Under the pieces are notes generated by a model. That model did no database searches. It saw only the letters and a program-made list of their open reading frames with translations, and was not told where the DNA came from. DNA of 64,000 nt from Octopus sinensis (Eukaryota): assembly GCF_006345805.1 (NCBI RefSeq), contig NC_042997.1:5766001-5830000 (forward strand), in the 5' to 3' direction. Position 1 is the stretch's first letter. Each line of letters begins with the position of its first letter. Both the position numbers and the translations under genes were made by a program. This document shows positions 1 through 13,808 of the stretch, piece after piece.

Positions 1-1000
1 CACGGTTAATCAACAACAATATCGACGGGAAGAAAAAAACAGAAATAAGAAACGATAACATTTATCTTGCCAAATATTACTAAGATGATAACAATAGCCA
101 TCTTAAAGATTCTAATGATGCAGCCAATAACATAACAAAAACAAAAATGAATGCAATAGTGAAAAATACGAAAGAGAAAAGAAAAAATTTGCATAACCCG
201 TGTGAATGTACAGATAAGTTTGGCCAATAATATGATAACGAGAAACATGAAACAAAAACTCTTACAATGATGTGAATTGTGTGAAGAAATAGTATAAAAG
301 AAAATTTAGTTTTGAAGCTCTCCCTCAAGATGTGATTTATAAACCAAATCAAATAACTCATGTCACATAGAAACCATGAGAGGAATAAGAGATATTTGAT
401 TGATTAGTAGACGTATTTTCCCACTTGGGAGACCAGGCACGGAAAAACTTTACAGTAGTTCATGAGTTGAGAAATGTATACTAGTGCCTATTTAAATGAT
501 AACAAAATTTTGTTTCTTTTTATTTTTGTTTTGGAGTGTAGGAAAGACAACAGCTGTGTCACATTTCGTCAGTAGAAACGATTAGGTATACTGGTAGGCA
601 ATTTATAGACGAGACATTAAATTTTATGATTCTGGAAGTAGTTTCTGGCTGAAGTAGTTGTGTCAATGACCGTCGAAAGACCTCTGATAATAGTTGAATT
701 GATGAGGTCCTTATTTACATTCAATACCCGACAGTCGCTGTATATTCGAAAAACGTGGATGTAAAAGGAAGTCCTGAGGCTTGTTATGCTAGGTAACCAG
801 GACTAATGAGCTGAAAGCACTAACAGCTACAGTATTGTAGAAAGTATAAGTTTAGATGGCTGCTGTTGATAACTTTCTTTAGTAGATAGCTATGTGCTTC
901 CCAAACTTGAAGAAAATTTACATTTGGTGTAGTATGTTTTCAAAAGCTCCCCATCTTTGCAGAGTGAGATGGGAAGAACAAATTCGACGGAACATTTTTA

Positions 1001-1200
1001 CATATGCCATATGTAGCATAGAAACTGTCTCAATAATAATAAACAGAAATGGTGCCGTACATTTTTGTACTATACGCAAAAAATTACTCAGAAGTTTGAC
1101 ATATGCCATACGTAGCATATGAACTGTCTCAGTAATAATAAAAAGAAATGATGCTGTAGATTTTTGAGCTATACGCTAACAATAACTCCGAAGATGTTGA
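1001..1200. repeat. Diverged 99-bp tandem duplication
   Basis: catatgccat(a)..gtagcata..aactgtctca starts at 1001 and 1100. Confidence 0.8.
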
Positions 1201-3871
1201 ATACAACAATGCTGTTTATACCGAATCTCTCACTGACACACAGACATATACTCAAATACACACACGTATACGTTCGAGTCTTTAGTGAAAAATATAGAAA
1301 AGAAAGGAAAACTGGCCTATAGATACACTATTCATAGACTTTGCGAAGGGAGATGGAGTCAATATACAAGCGGAAATAATTATTTTGCATATTTGATAGG
1401 AGAACAATAAGTAGACGGCTTAGGGTATCACCAACGTTTCTGATGGAGTGGGCATGTATTATGTTTCCAAAATTCTGAATATAGATATGTATATAAATTG
1501 TATATGAAGAGATTGGTGATGATGCGGAGCTTGCTTTGGGTACTATGTTTGAGTGTGAAAGAAAAAAAATATTGTAGAGGAATTAAGGAGTTGCCATTTG
1601 GAATTGAGGATGTTATTTACGTCCCAAGTCAGATTTGACAGGACATAGTTTAATCAAATGTATTCCTGTCGGAACTATACAGTATTATTAAGATTAATTA
1701 TTACTACACTTTGAATATAAGTTTAATTTATTTCAGAGAGTAAGGTGTGATATTCATTGTACTTGGCTTTAATCCTTGCATCTCAAATGAGTGCGACGTG
1801 GATTCCAGAATTTAGTGCATACGCAGATAGGATGGCGTGATGAATAAAAACGAGAGGAATATTTTCGAAGAGAATTTCCCTCCTCTTTGCAATATCAAGT
1901 GGGATACGCATCTCAGATCAAGTACAGAAACGTGCTCCGCTACTTTACCATTTACAAAAGACACCAATGCTGAGATAGTGTGGGCTAAGTGATTTTGGAG
2001 ATGATGGTAGATATCCTTTTGCCAGAAGAAGAGAAATTCATACAGTACTGGACATAAAGTGTATACATATATGTCAGTATAATAGATGTATTCATGGCAA
2101 CAGACTTTGGGTTTTTCGAGGATAGGCGTGTGTTAGTTTTAGAAGGTGAAAGCAATTCGGTTAACAGTGAATTATTTTCATCCCAACATTTTGCATATAG
2201 TAGCTTGGTGGGAAACATTTAGTTAAATTAGAATGTCAAGCTTTGGTTGTGTGAGTGTTGTATGGAAATTCCAACACGTCCATGCTTGTCACTTCTTAAA
2301 CATTCATGCATGCATGCATCCATCCGTCCATCCATCCATCCATACATACATACGGGCATGCATATATACATACATGCATACATAAATACGCACGTACGTA
2401 CACTTATAAATACATACTCGTATACACAGATATACATGTATAAATTTATTACAGTTAAACTAACTAAATATATATAAATTGCATAACTATGCAAATTATA
2501 TATGTTAACTTGCCTAGGCAGGCGTTCCTATAAGTGTTTGATTTAGAAAATATAATTGCTACAATTTCTTACTGAGAGCCGGCGAATGATGGGGTACTTA
2601 TAATTTGATGAATGGTCAATCAATCGTGACACATGAAAAGATAATGCCTTTATGTGATTACAAATACGATAACGGCATGTGTTAACCACTGTTAACCGTT
2701 CCAAAGAAAGGACTGAAAAATAAAAGTTTAATAGACTAATTTTAACTTAGATTAATTTTCTAATGTTCAATAACTTGCGAACACACACATATCTGCATAT
2801 ATGCATACATACCCGAACACACTCACACACACCCGTGCACACACACACGTGCACACACACTATATATATATATATAATTTTATATATATACACATATATA
2901 TACATGTATTTATATATATAAATGTATATGCAGATATGTATATATACATATATATAAATGTATATACATATATGTATATATACATATATATATATGTATA
3001 TGTATATATATGTGGATATAAATATATGTGTGTGTGTGCATGTATATATGTATATATATGGGCGTACATATACACATATATAAATATACACTTTGACAGA
3101 CAGACATTCATAAAGACAAATACAACAGTATGTATATATATATATTATATTTGTGTGAAGGTATGTAGGAACAAAAATGTAACATGCACACTAAATAACA
3201 ATGGTATTTCAATAATTAAATAAATTCTGTAAGAAGAAGAGAAAAGAAAACATTTCTATATGATAACGTTTGGAAATGTAAGAATAACAGACAGTAACTA
3301 CGAGACTGTATTTTTTCTACATTGAGTTTCAGAGCAAATTAATGACTTCAGAGCACTAAGCAACAAAAGTGTCAGCACCCTTGCAAGGTTGAGAAGAATA
3401 AGAATATATTGCTGTCAGTTATGATTATCTGACGTATATTTCTGCCAAGTTGATTTATTTTATTTTATATTTTTACTATTTTTTGTACATGATCTCTCAT
3501 CACTATCGCTTGTTTTTGTCAAAGAAAACGTCTCCACGAACCCGCAAATCAATCTTGCCAACCATAAGTTAGCAAATGTGGCCCATGGCAATATTTTAAA
3601 ATGCTATTCTTTTCAGTTTCTTTGTTTTATACATTTGTTTCTGTTTTTGCTATTTATATATGTAAATACGTATCTTTCACGTTCTTTGTAAGTATGTATC
3701 TGTCTTTAAATGAGATTATGTGTATAGAGATATACATATTTACTTACAGAGATGCATACATACTGATACGTGTGTGTATATAAGTATAATATAGATATGC
3801 ATTCGAATATATATATAGGGTGAATACATACATATGTACGCATAGATACATGAATTTACATATGCGTATAC

Positions 3872-3926
<55 letters not shown>

Positions 3927-4001
3927 TATATAGGTGTGTATATATATATATATATATATACATACAAATATATAAGTGTGTGTGTATATATATATATACA
4001 G

Positions 4002-4062
<61 letters not shown>

Positions 4063-4521
4063 ATATATATATATATATATACATATGTATATATAGGTAT
4101 AGATATGTGTGTGTTTGTGTGTGTATGCACATATATGATTATGTATGTGCAGTATTTTTAATGCTTGGTGCATCTAACCAAGCGAGACCATCGCCAAAGT
4201 TGCATACAGTTTCTCTTAACTATTCTCCTCTGCTTTTTCATTGATATTATCATTTCTATACAAATTAAATTAAATAACGTTTATTTTGTGACTGCACATT
4301 GTGTAAAGTATTATTGTTATTGTTTGAACTAATGGTAAATAAATTGTAGTATCATGCTCGCGTTTGCGCAACCACACGGCTGTCTCTCTTTTATAAAATA
4401 GCTAAAATGATTGAAGAATCATTTTATGTATACATATGCGCGTACAAACCTATACCTTCTGCATACATGGACACACACATACACACTTATATATATGAAT
4501 ATATATATATATATAATATAT

Positions 4522-4597
<76 letters not shown>

Positions 4598-4600
<3 letters not shown>

Positions 4601-4744
4601 AGAGTTTACGAAAAAAAACACAAAAGACAAAGACAGGTGGTGTACAAAACAAACAGATGTATTAACATAACGCTCAGAAATAGAAAAAGTATTTTACGTT
4701 TCGAGCCTACGCTCTTCTACAGAAAGGGACGTAAAAAACAAGGA
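4598..4744 (-). mobile_element. Short Penelope-associated repeat with minimal hammerhead-like motif, in (TA)n
   Basis: Minus strand: TTT-CTGTAGA-A-GAGC-gtag-GCTC-GAAAC-GTA-AAA. A degenerate + copy lies at 5383-5510. Confidence 0.6.
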
Positions 4745-5545
4745 TGTATATATATATATGTATATATATATATACATGGTTTACTGTTCTGTTAAGATAT
4801 AATCAACAGAAATGTATTCCATCTGATGAGAAATAAATATAATTTAATACACAGTAAAATAGTACGAGCAACTAATAACTTATTACTCTCGAAATTAGAG
4901 TGTTTGTACGCTTGGTGTTGCCAAGTAAACTTCACATGGTGAGAGCCTCAAAATTGCTTCGAAGCACAAGTGTGTTATAAAGTCGTGCCTAAAAAATTGT
5001 TCTCACAGCAAGAAAATATTAGTAGCTCGAATCTTACAGTGAATGATATATATATATATATGTTGAGAATAACAAGGTACTCAGAACATTCGTTGCTGGT
5101 ACATAATTTGAACATTTTTAGCGCTTTCCTCCGCTTGATTCCGTGATAAAACCGATAACGGAAGAAAGCGTTAAAATATAAATAATATATATATATATAA
5201 ATATATAATCATCCAAAATTTTGACTACGTTGTTATTCTGAATATGTAATATCTGTACACCACTTCAAAACTCTCTACATATATATGTGTGTGTGTGCGT
5301 GTGTGTGTGTGTGAGTGTGTGTGTGTATGTAGTGATGAAGTGCTAGCTATAACAGATTTATCTTTTTCTTTTTATTCCCTCTCGTGTTCCTTTCTGTTCA
5401 AGAGCGTAGGCTCCTAACGTAAAATACTTTCTCATTTTCGAGCGTTAATCTAAATCGTTTATTGTTTATACACGTGGCTTCATGTTTTATTCTTCTGTGA
5501 ATTTCAACTATATATATGTTTGTGTGTGCGTGTGTATGTGTGTGT

Positions 5546-5596
<51 letters not shown>

Positions 5597-5865
5597 AACT
5601 CTATTTCCTTCTACTTCAGTCTCTCCTATCGTTTCAGATGATGGGATATCTTTTCATATCCCTGAAAGGACTGCATGATTGCCTTTCTCTTTATAAAAGT
5701 TTTAGAAATTTCACACTGCGTTGGCTTTCTCGTCTCCTTTTATTTAACACGCAAAAACCTATGTATGTGTAAATATATATTACTGCATATGGAAACTGGC
5801 ATTAAGGAAGGATAAGAAAATATTAGATCTCTAAGCCCTCACATTCAATCCACAATTGACTACAG

Positions 5866-5955
5866 ACATATAGTGCAGTGGTTAAGAGCACTGGCTAATA
5901 ACCCCACGATTCTGAGTTCCATTCCAGGCAGTGATCTGAATAATAATAATAATAT
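5866..5955 (+). mobile_element. tRNA-like head fragment followed by (AAT)n
   Basis: tagtgcagtggttaagagc..gagttccattccaggcagtgatctgaataataat; homologous to 36601-36660. Confidence 0.55.
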
Positions 5956-6490
5956 TGCGGTTGATGATACGAGTTTCACCTTCAATGCAAGGTTTTTAAT
6001 GAAAACAGGAAAGAGTATTATTTGAGATATGTTTCTTCATATACATTCTTGATATTTCGTTTGATTTCCTAATCCAGTATTACTTTCAGGAGAACGTTTG
6101 TCAGTTCATTTGAAATAAGAAAAGAGCTAAATAATGCATATAGTTCCATGCGCGAGCGCACACACTCACACTCACAAACACTCTCACAGAAGACACAAAC
6201 ACGCACACACATTTGCACACATACATATGTATATAACATAGAAACAGAAGTATATATGAATATGCATGCATGACCATATATTCATATAAATCTAATTTGT
6301 TCAGAAGTTCTGAAATTGCATTTTCTGTTCTGCCGCTGGATCAACCGATGAGCCAAACAACAAATTTCTTTATATGTGGCCCTGTATGCCACTCACACCT
6401 GTATTACTGAAATTATCTATTTTTATACTGTTAATAAACATGGGTGATATACACGATCTATAGTTCTTTCTCAATGTGAATGGTATTTAA

Positions 6491-6889
6491 GGCGGCGAGC
6501 TGGCAGAAACGTTAGAACACTGGACGAAATGCTTAGCGTTATTTCGCTAGCCGCTACGTTCTGAGTTCAAATTCTGCCGAGGTCGACTTTGCCTTTCATG
6601 CTTTCGGGGGTCAATTAAATAAATACCAATCACGCACTGGGGTCGATATAATCAATTTAATCCGTTTGTGTGTCCTTGTTTGTCCTCTCTGAATTTAGCC
6701 CCTTGTGGGTAGTAAAAAAATAGGTATTTCGTCTGTCGTTACGTTCTGTGTTCAAATTCCGCCGAGGTCGACTTTGCTTTTCATTCTTTCAGTGTCGATA
6801 AAGTAAGTACCATTTGCGTGCTGGAGTCGTTCTAATCGACTGGCACCCACTCACCCAAAATTTCGGACCTAGTGCCTAGTGTAGAAAAG
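6491..6889 (+). mobile_element. tRNA-derived SINE family A, dimeric (full copy + 5'-truncated copy with a different tail)
   Basis: Head ggcggcgagctggcagaaacgttag; B-box-like gagttcaaattc; core gaggtcgactttgcctttcat present twice; diverged TSD aatgtgaatg(g/t)ta. Confidence 0.85.
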
Positions 6890-8899
6890 AATGTGAATGT
6901 TACTTATGCAATTCATGTGTGTAAACTAAGATCTCACAATGAATTTACATACACCCACACACGCACATACAAACACATACGCACACACACACACACACAC
7001 ACACATGAATACATACATATTCGAAGCGGAAATGATTCCAGTGCAGTAAATATTAACAGTTGGATGAGCTGAGACTTAAGCAAGGTATCCATTCTATTCT
7101 TGTATTCTGTTATACGTTTCAGTCCTAAGACTGTGAGCAAGCTGGAGCACCGCCAAAATTCACTTTTCTTTGTAATAAGGCATTGAAATAAAGAGGCATT
7201 TTAGATACAAATTGATTGAACAGAGCGTGTTAGAATATAACTATCTGCGTTCGTGAAGCATGAAGGTAACTTTAAATTATTTTCTACATACATATTCTGT
7301 AAGGAGAATGCATTAAAGTTTGTATTTTGCTTAAACCTAGGAAAATTACTTTTTTCCTGGCCACATATTGCAAAATATGCTTTTCCCCACTACAATAACT
7401 ATGGAAAATCAAATGAGAATGTATTTGATCTGTGGAAATAAAATGCGCATTACTACATAATTTTATATGCTAGTAGTATTTGTTGAAATTTCAAATAATT
7501 AAATTATACATCCGGAATCTGAAGGACATAGTACAAGTCAGTTTCCAGTGTTTGATCCATGTGTGCAGAAAGAATAACGCTATTTTCAAAAAGGAAACCT
7601 GCTATAAATGTATGTAAAACGATGGAATCTAGGATACAAACTAAAGAATATGATGATAATTTTTAAAGGAAGACTAAATCTACCTTCAACGACAAGAACG
7701 TTCTCACTGCTAGGTTTTACACAATTTTCATATTCAAAATCTTACTTGCAATCATTTAATCGAATTGTATACATCATATAATTCACTTGTTCGAAGTATG
7801 CCGAAGTAGTGAAGGGAACTTTTTAGCCACACATTCATATTGGATTCGATATCTATTGAATGGACTTAAATACTTTGAGCCAAATACAATTGCTTTCAAT
7901 AATTAGTTGATTCTCTTACGTTACTGATTTAAGATCGCAGTACTTGATATTTGTCTTCCTTTTAATTTCAAATATGGAGTCTGATAAACTATATTACCAA
8001 CTATATGCAATAACATTTTATTTTAATCCACCGCCCATTACTATAATGAAACAAAAAATCAAAATGCTGTAGTTTTACAGTTTGTTCGCATAAAAATAAA
8101 TAAGCTATCACAGAATTAAAATATTTCTTTACAAGTCCATTGTTTTCTCGTCTATCTTCCTTTCTACTGTGAAATATATAATAATATACTGGATTCAAAT
8201 TAATCTATACTATTTCACACGTTCAGCAATTAACTTTTCGATTAAGCTATTAAGCGTTAATTATAAAGAATACTTATGCTCACTTGCAAGTAATGTCAGT
8301 GATATATTTTTTAAAGAAATATATGTTTGATTTATTCACAATCTAAATTACTTCACATGTGCGTCGTAATGTGTGCATCTTAAATATTGAGGAGGTTTAT
8401 CAAGAATTTTAATCTGATTATATATTGTCGAAGGAAACAAGAGTAGTGAAAGCGTTAAAGTGCAGAACATAATGCGGTCTTTTAAAAATTTCATCTCTTC
8501 ATAATACAATTAAATGTTTTTGTTTCTTTTTTTAATTATAAACCTTGCTTGTTTTTGTTTCTTAAATTATAAACCTTGCTTGTGTTTACAAGTATTTTAA
8601 GAACACCGATGTAAAGTGGTGATGAAACCATTGTTTCAGCCGCCTGCCATCATATTCTCAAGCTCAACATATGTTCGACTCTAGTTAAATCTTAATAATA
8701 ATCTCCTTACATATCAATTGACAGAGTTGACTAATTGATCACGTGATTATATGGAATCGATATGAGGAATCAATACCTAAGAACGATTCCAGTCAACTAT
8801 ATATTATTCGCCATACTTCATATTATTCCCTGTTGTCGTCCGGTGCACAGCGCGTAAGATCGATCTGGTATAAGCAATTAATGATAACGTGGAAGAGAA

Positions 8900-10030
8900 G
8901 GGTTACTGTGTCGCTATAAACTTTAATTAATTCGAAACAAAGAAAATTGCTTTGGTCAGGTACACATACGATCATTAGCCCGTGGTAACGAAATGCAATC
9001 CGATGCTTAAACACTGAACTGATTATGCAATCCCATCCACCATTCACTGACAACGCAACAATTTTGTGTGAACTCTGGAATGATATATTCCGTACATAAT
9101 CTACCGAAGTTGTATCAGAGGTAACTACATCAGTTTTCCTTACATATGGAAAACGAATTAGTTAAGAAAATACCGTTGAGTATAAAAGTATACAATGTTT
9201 AACAGAAGAATCGATTCTGGTTACCTTATGGCTAGTTTCCCTTGTAGTCAGTAACATCAAATTGATTGATTCAAGAATTATTTGTCCTAAAAATCATTAC
9301 GGACTGACAATATTTAACAAACAAGAGTTCCTAAAGTTATTCCCTTGTATGCATTCATTCTATATCAAATATTTAGTATGTTCCCAATTTATCCTTATAG
9401 CGAATATTGACTCAGATAAACTGTCCAGTTCCTACTATCAAGTTTACTTAGATTATTCATACATTTTGATTTCGTTCGTCCACTTTCGATCAAATATTAA
9501 ATTTTCAACTGCATTATTGTTCAAATATCATCGCACGATTCTGGAACAACAAGTTTGCGAAACTAATCGATCCGAAAAGATCAATGTACTGCTTGTAATC
9601 GCATGCAGAATATACAGCAAATAAACTAACATTTATTCAAGTTATGTTATTAGCCGTTAAAGACAATGTAACATGTAAAAGTGTCTTGAGAACTCGTTAA
9701 GGAAATTGACAATATTCTTACTAGTAGTGCGAATATTAGAAGCAGTTCTCTGAACATATAGAAGTTAAAGCATTGTCAGTGCGTATCACCATATATTAGA
9801 CGAATTACAATGTGAGTCAGATAACTCGGTTGCATCCCTGCGGCTAACAACCAATAACGACATTGTTTCTCAGAGTGATATTGTTTCAAAGGCAAATTGA
9901 AAACTTTTTCTTAGATGCTATAGTGTCTATCATTATTTGATATCTCAGCAGTTATGTTTTCCTCCAGCCTTATTCCACCGTGTTTGTCCAGCAAACATTT
10001 CGCTGTAAGGTATCAATTAAATATGCCCAC
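8900..10030 (-). mobile_element. Very old hAT (Buster/ZBED5-like) transposase relic
   Basis: Minus-strand remnants FETISL, DATELSD, RTTSKNIVNFLNEF and AVH, in the order expected for hAT transposase; heavily disrupted. Confidence 0.35.
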
Positions 10031-10340
10031 TGGTGTTTGATCCCTACCAATGGATACTTACATGCATATATACGTCCACACAAACATACATACAGTATGT
10101 ATCTGAATGTGTGTGTGTGTGTGTATGTGTGACCGCGTGTGTGTGTGAGTGTCTGTGTATACACATAGATTTGTGTTTATGTTTATGTGTGGTTCTGATT
10201 GCATTTGAGGAATTTTGAAAGTACACACCGTAGGAAAGCATAAAATCAATGCATTGCTCTTGTTCCTATTGAGGTGATCTCATATGTGTGCGTGTGCTCG
10301 TGTAAATGTGTGCGCGTGCGTGTGAATGTATATATGTATG

Positions 10341-10388
<48 letters not shown>

Positions 10389-11699
10389 TATATATATATA
10401 TACTTCGAACGGTGACATAAAAAATGCCTAAACTTCATTAACTTCTTAGAAAATGTAATCATAATACAAACAAGTTAATCATTGCCTTGCTTTTAATTAA
10501 ATTTTCAGCAATCAGTTTTACACACACACATACACACATACACACACTCACACACACAAACACACACACAAACACACACGAACTCTTACATGCAAATACA
10601 TTCATACGTATTGCACATATATTTGTGTTATATAATATGTGCGTGCATTATGTTGCTGTTTATGGTTTCTTATTGTTTACCACGATTAATAAAAATGCTG
10701 AGCATCGATTTTCTTACGAATATTGATAAACACAATTGATAACATAGGTAGAGCTGACGTGAAGAAATACTCACAACTTTCTTTAAATCACATTTTCGAA
10801 ACTCGAGTGAATCCTATATTTTATAGTAAATTTAATGTTGAGTTGTTGCTGTTACTTTAATATATTTAAGAAACACTGACAAACGAATGAGAATGAATGT
10901 TATCATTTGTCAAATACACTGCATTAGATCAAGTTATTTATCTAATTTTTAAACTTAATTCTGCAGTCTTATTATATTCTCAGCCACCGGACTAAGTTTG
11001 TCTCAGGGAATACCCTGCCGGCGTTTTATTGGTATATATCAATTCCAGCGACTATTTCAACACTGGATATATTTCACCTGTCTTCATTTTTAGATACACT
11101 AAGATGCTAGAGAGATAGGGAAACAACACAAGTATACCGCCGGTTTTAGTGATATACACTACACACACACACAAACAGACACACACACACATATATATAT
11201 ATACACATACATGCACACAAACGCACTCACAGACACAAACACACTCACACTGCACACAGAGGGACACACACCCACTCTCTCTCTCTCTCACACACACTGA
11301 GGCACACTATCTCTCTCTCAAACACACACATACACACACATATTTGCGTTTTTCTGCAGGGTAATTTCTTCATGAGGATTCGGTGTAGTTGATACCAATC
11401 ACGAATCCGATGGTTGCAATGTACTCCTAATGGCACAGGGATGCCTGCACCGATGATAATTGATACAACAACCAAATTTAGATTTCTATATCACTATTAC
11501 ACGTCCTACAGAAATAGGAAACATTTAGTAATTCTAATGGTAGCCCAAATATATAAAAAAATCTTTTCGTCCAAGTAATGATTAAACTTTCTAAGAGCTC
11601 TCACCTAGTATTCTCAATGAATAGATTTCTTTTGCTAATATAGTAAAATAATGCATATGTATGTAAGCTTGTCTATGTATGCATGAATGCATGTATATA

Positions 11700-11987
11700 T
11701 AATTCAGTTTGGGTTGGGGATTATTCGATATGCGGGTATTCGATTTCAGATAATACAAAATCTTCCAATACTGAAACACGTGTAGTTACTTCATATTTAA
11801 TAAGTTTAAGCTTTTGAAGTAAAATATATACCCTGCTGGTAATTTTGGTTATATACTTTAAGTATTATTTCGTGATGTGCAAACTGATACCATGTGTTTA
11901 CTTTCAGATATACTCATTAGGTTAATTCTTATATTATCTGAAATACAATACCCGCATATGGATTAATCCCCCACCAAAATTGAATTA
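11700..11987. mobile_element. MITE-like element with ~60-bp terminal inverted repeats
   Basis: aattcagtttgggttggggattattcgatatgcgggtattcgatttcagataata (11701-) matches the reverse complement of 11932-11986. Possible TA target duplication; non-coding interior. Confidence 0.65.
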
Positions 11988-12141
11988 ACATTGACTTTTA
12001 TAAGATAATTTGTATATTTATAGGTAAGTATATAAATATACGTTAAATAAGATTTCAAAGTACGAAATGTAGATGGCTATAATGCTGTAGGGTTGTACCT
12101 GATTGATTTAGAAATTTGCTTTCATAAATTATTTCTATACA

Positions 12142-12177
<36 letters not shown>

Positions 12178-12449
12178 AGGAACACACGAGTTGATATATA
12201 TGGGGAAAAAATCAGGGTTGAAAATGCTAAATAATTTTATAAAATCATTTCAGTACCCGTTTTGGTCATTGAGGCTTTTTAAACTGTAAGTATGGAAAAC
12301 AATTTCAGTTTGGAAAAAATTAAATGAAAAGTTTTTTTAAAAGAATATTTGTATAGTATTCAAATACAAGGGGCAATTTCCTTGTTTTTGCCTGTCTCTG
12401 TCTCTCTTGGTTACTCTTGTGGGTTCGACATCGTTGTGAATTCTTGGCA

Positions 12450-12494
12450 GAGAAGGAGGAGGAGGAGGAGGAGAAGAAGAAGAAGAAGAAAAGA

Positions 12495-12556
<62 letters not shown>

Positions 12557-12574
12557 TAATAATAATAATAATAA

Positions 12575-12605
<31 letters not shown>

Positions 12606-12612
12606 AAGAAGA
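12450..12612. repeat. Compound (GAG)(GAA)(AAT)(AAG) microsatellite
   Basis: Direct inspection. The same (AAT)n->(AAG)n switch occurs at 26873-27010 and 52989-53112. Confidence 0.95.
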
Positions 12613-13383
12613 ATGCAGTAGTGCTATGAGAGTAGTAGGAGGTTAAATGATCAAGTGCTCTGAATTGACTTGTTGTGGATGGTAGTAGTGATTGAATTCT
12701 TGAGATATCCCTTTTGAATGTATTGTTTATAATATTTGCGTGTGTGTCATTCTAAACGGCAGTTGTTCTAAAGTAAGGAAGGTAGTGGTGGAGAGGAAAA
12801 AGAAGACAAGAAGTAGGAGAAAGAGAAGAAGAGAGGAATAATGAGAGAATTCCGGATGGTGTGAGAGTAATAGTATGTTAAATGGTCAAGTGACCTAAAA
12901 GTGAATCGTTGTGGATTATAGAAGTGATTGTGACTGCTTTTAATGGTCGTGTTGGATATGTCATTTGTTGTAGATGCGTTCAAAACGCGTCTGTATTTTG
13001 TAATAAAGTGTGTCTCTTTACTAATTCGTTGCCTAGAGGTTGTATCGTCCCTGAATTCATATAAGGGATAATTCTGAAGCTAGGAATTTTGTTATTTCAT
13101 ACACAGATGACATATATATGTGTGTGTGTAAGTTTGCATGTATGCACGGTATGTACGCTTGTATGCATGCAAGTACGCGAAAAATACTTAATTTTTAGGT
13201 TATTTCGTAAACTATGTGAAGTATTTTCCGTTCATTTTCATTAAATCTTTTACTAATTATTCCTTTCATTATTACAATACATGAAATATATCGGGCAATG
13301 TAGTTGAAATACTGCTTCAGTGATTACCTGCTATTTATTACCTGGTGTAATCAAATCTCGTGCAATATTATTTAAACCTGTAA

Positions 13384-13808
13384 GGCGGCAAGCTGGAAGA
13401 AACGTTAGCACGCCGGATGAAATACCTAGCGGTATTTCGTGTTCCTTTACGCTCTGAGCTCTAACTCTGCCGAGTCGTCATTGCCTTTCATCTTTTCGGG
13501 GTCGATAGATTAAGTGCTAGTTACACATTGGGGGACGATGTAATCGACTTAATCCTTTTGTCTGTCCTTGTTTGGCCCCTCTGTTTAGGCCCATGTGGCC
13601 AATAAAGAAATAAGAAACGTTAGCTCGCCGGGCGAAATGTCAAGTGTTATTTCGTCTATCTTTACGTTCTGAGCTCAAATTCTGCCGAGTCGACTTTGCC
13701 TTTCATTCTTTCGAGGTTGATGATTTAAGTACCAGTTGCATAGTGGGTTGATCTAATCGACTAGCCTCCTCTCACATAATTTTGGGCTTTGTGCCTAAAG
13801 TAGATAAT
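13384..13808 (+). mobile_element. SINE family A, dimeric
   Basis: Same two-part architecture; 16-bp TSD aatattatttaaacct at 13364-79 and 13809-24. Confidence 0.85.

Noticed and set aside
1-900. Possible Gypsy integrase relic (PLGRPGTEKLY)
   Set aside because: Only one weak motif, with many stops; not supportable without a profile search.
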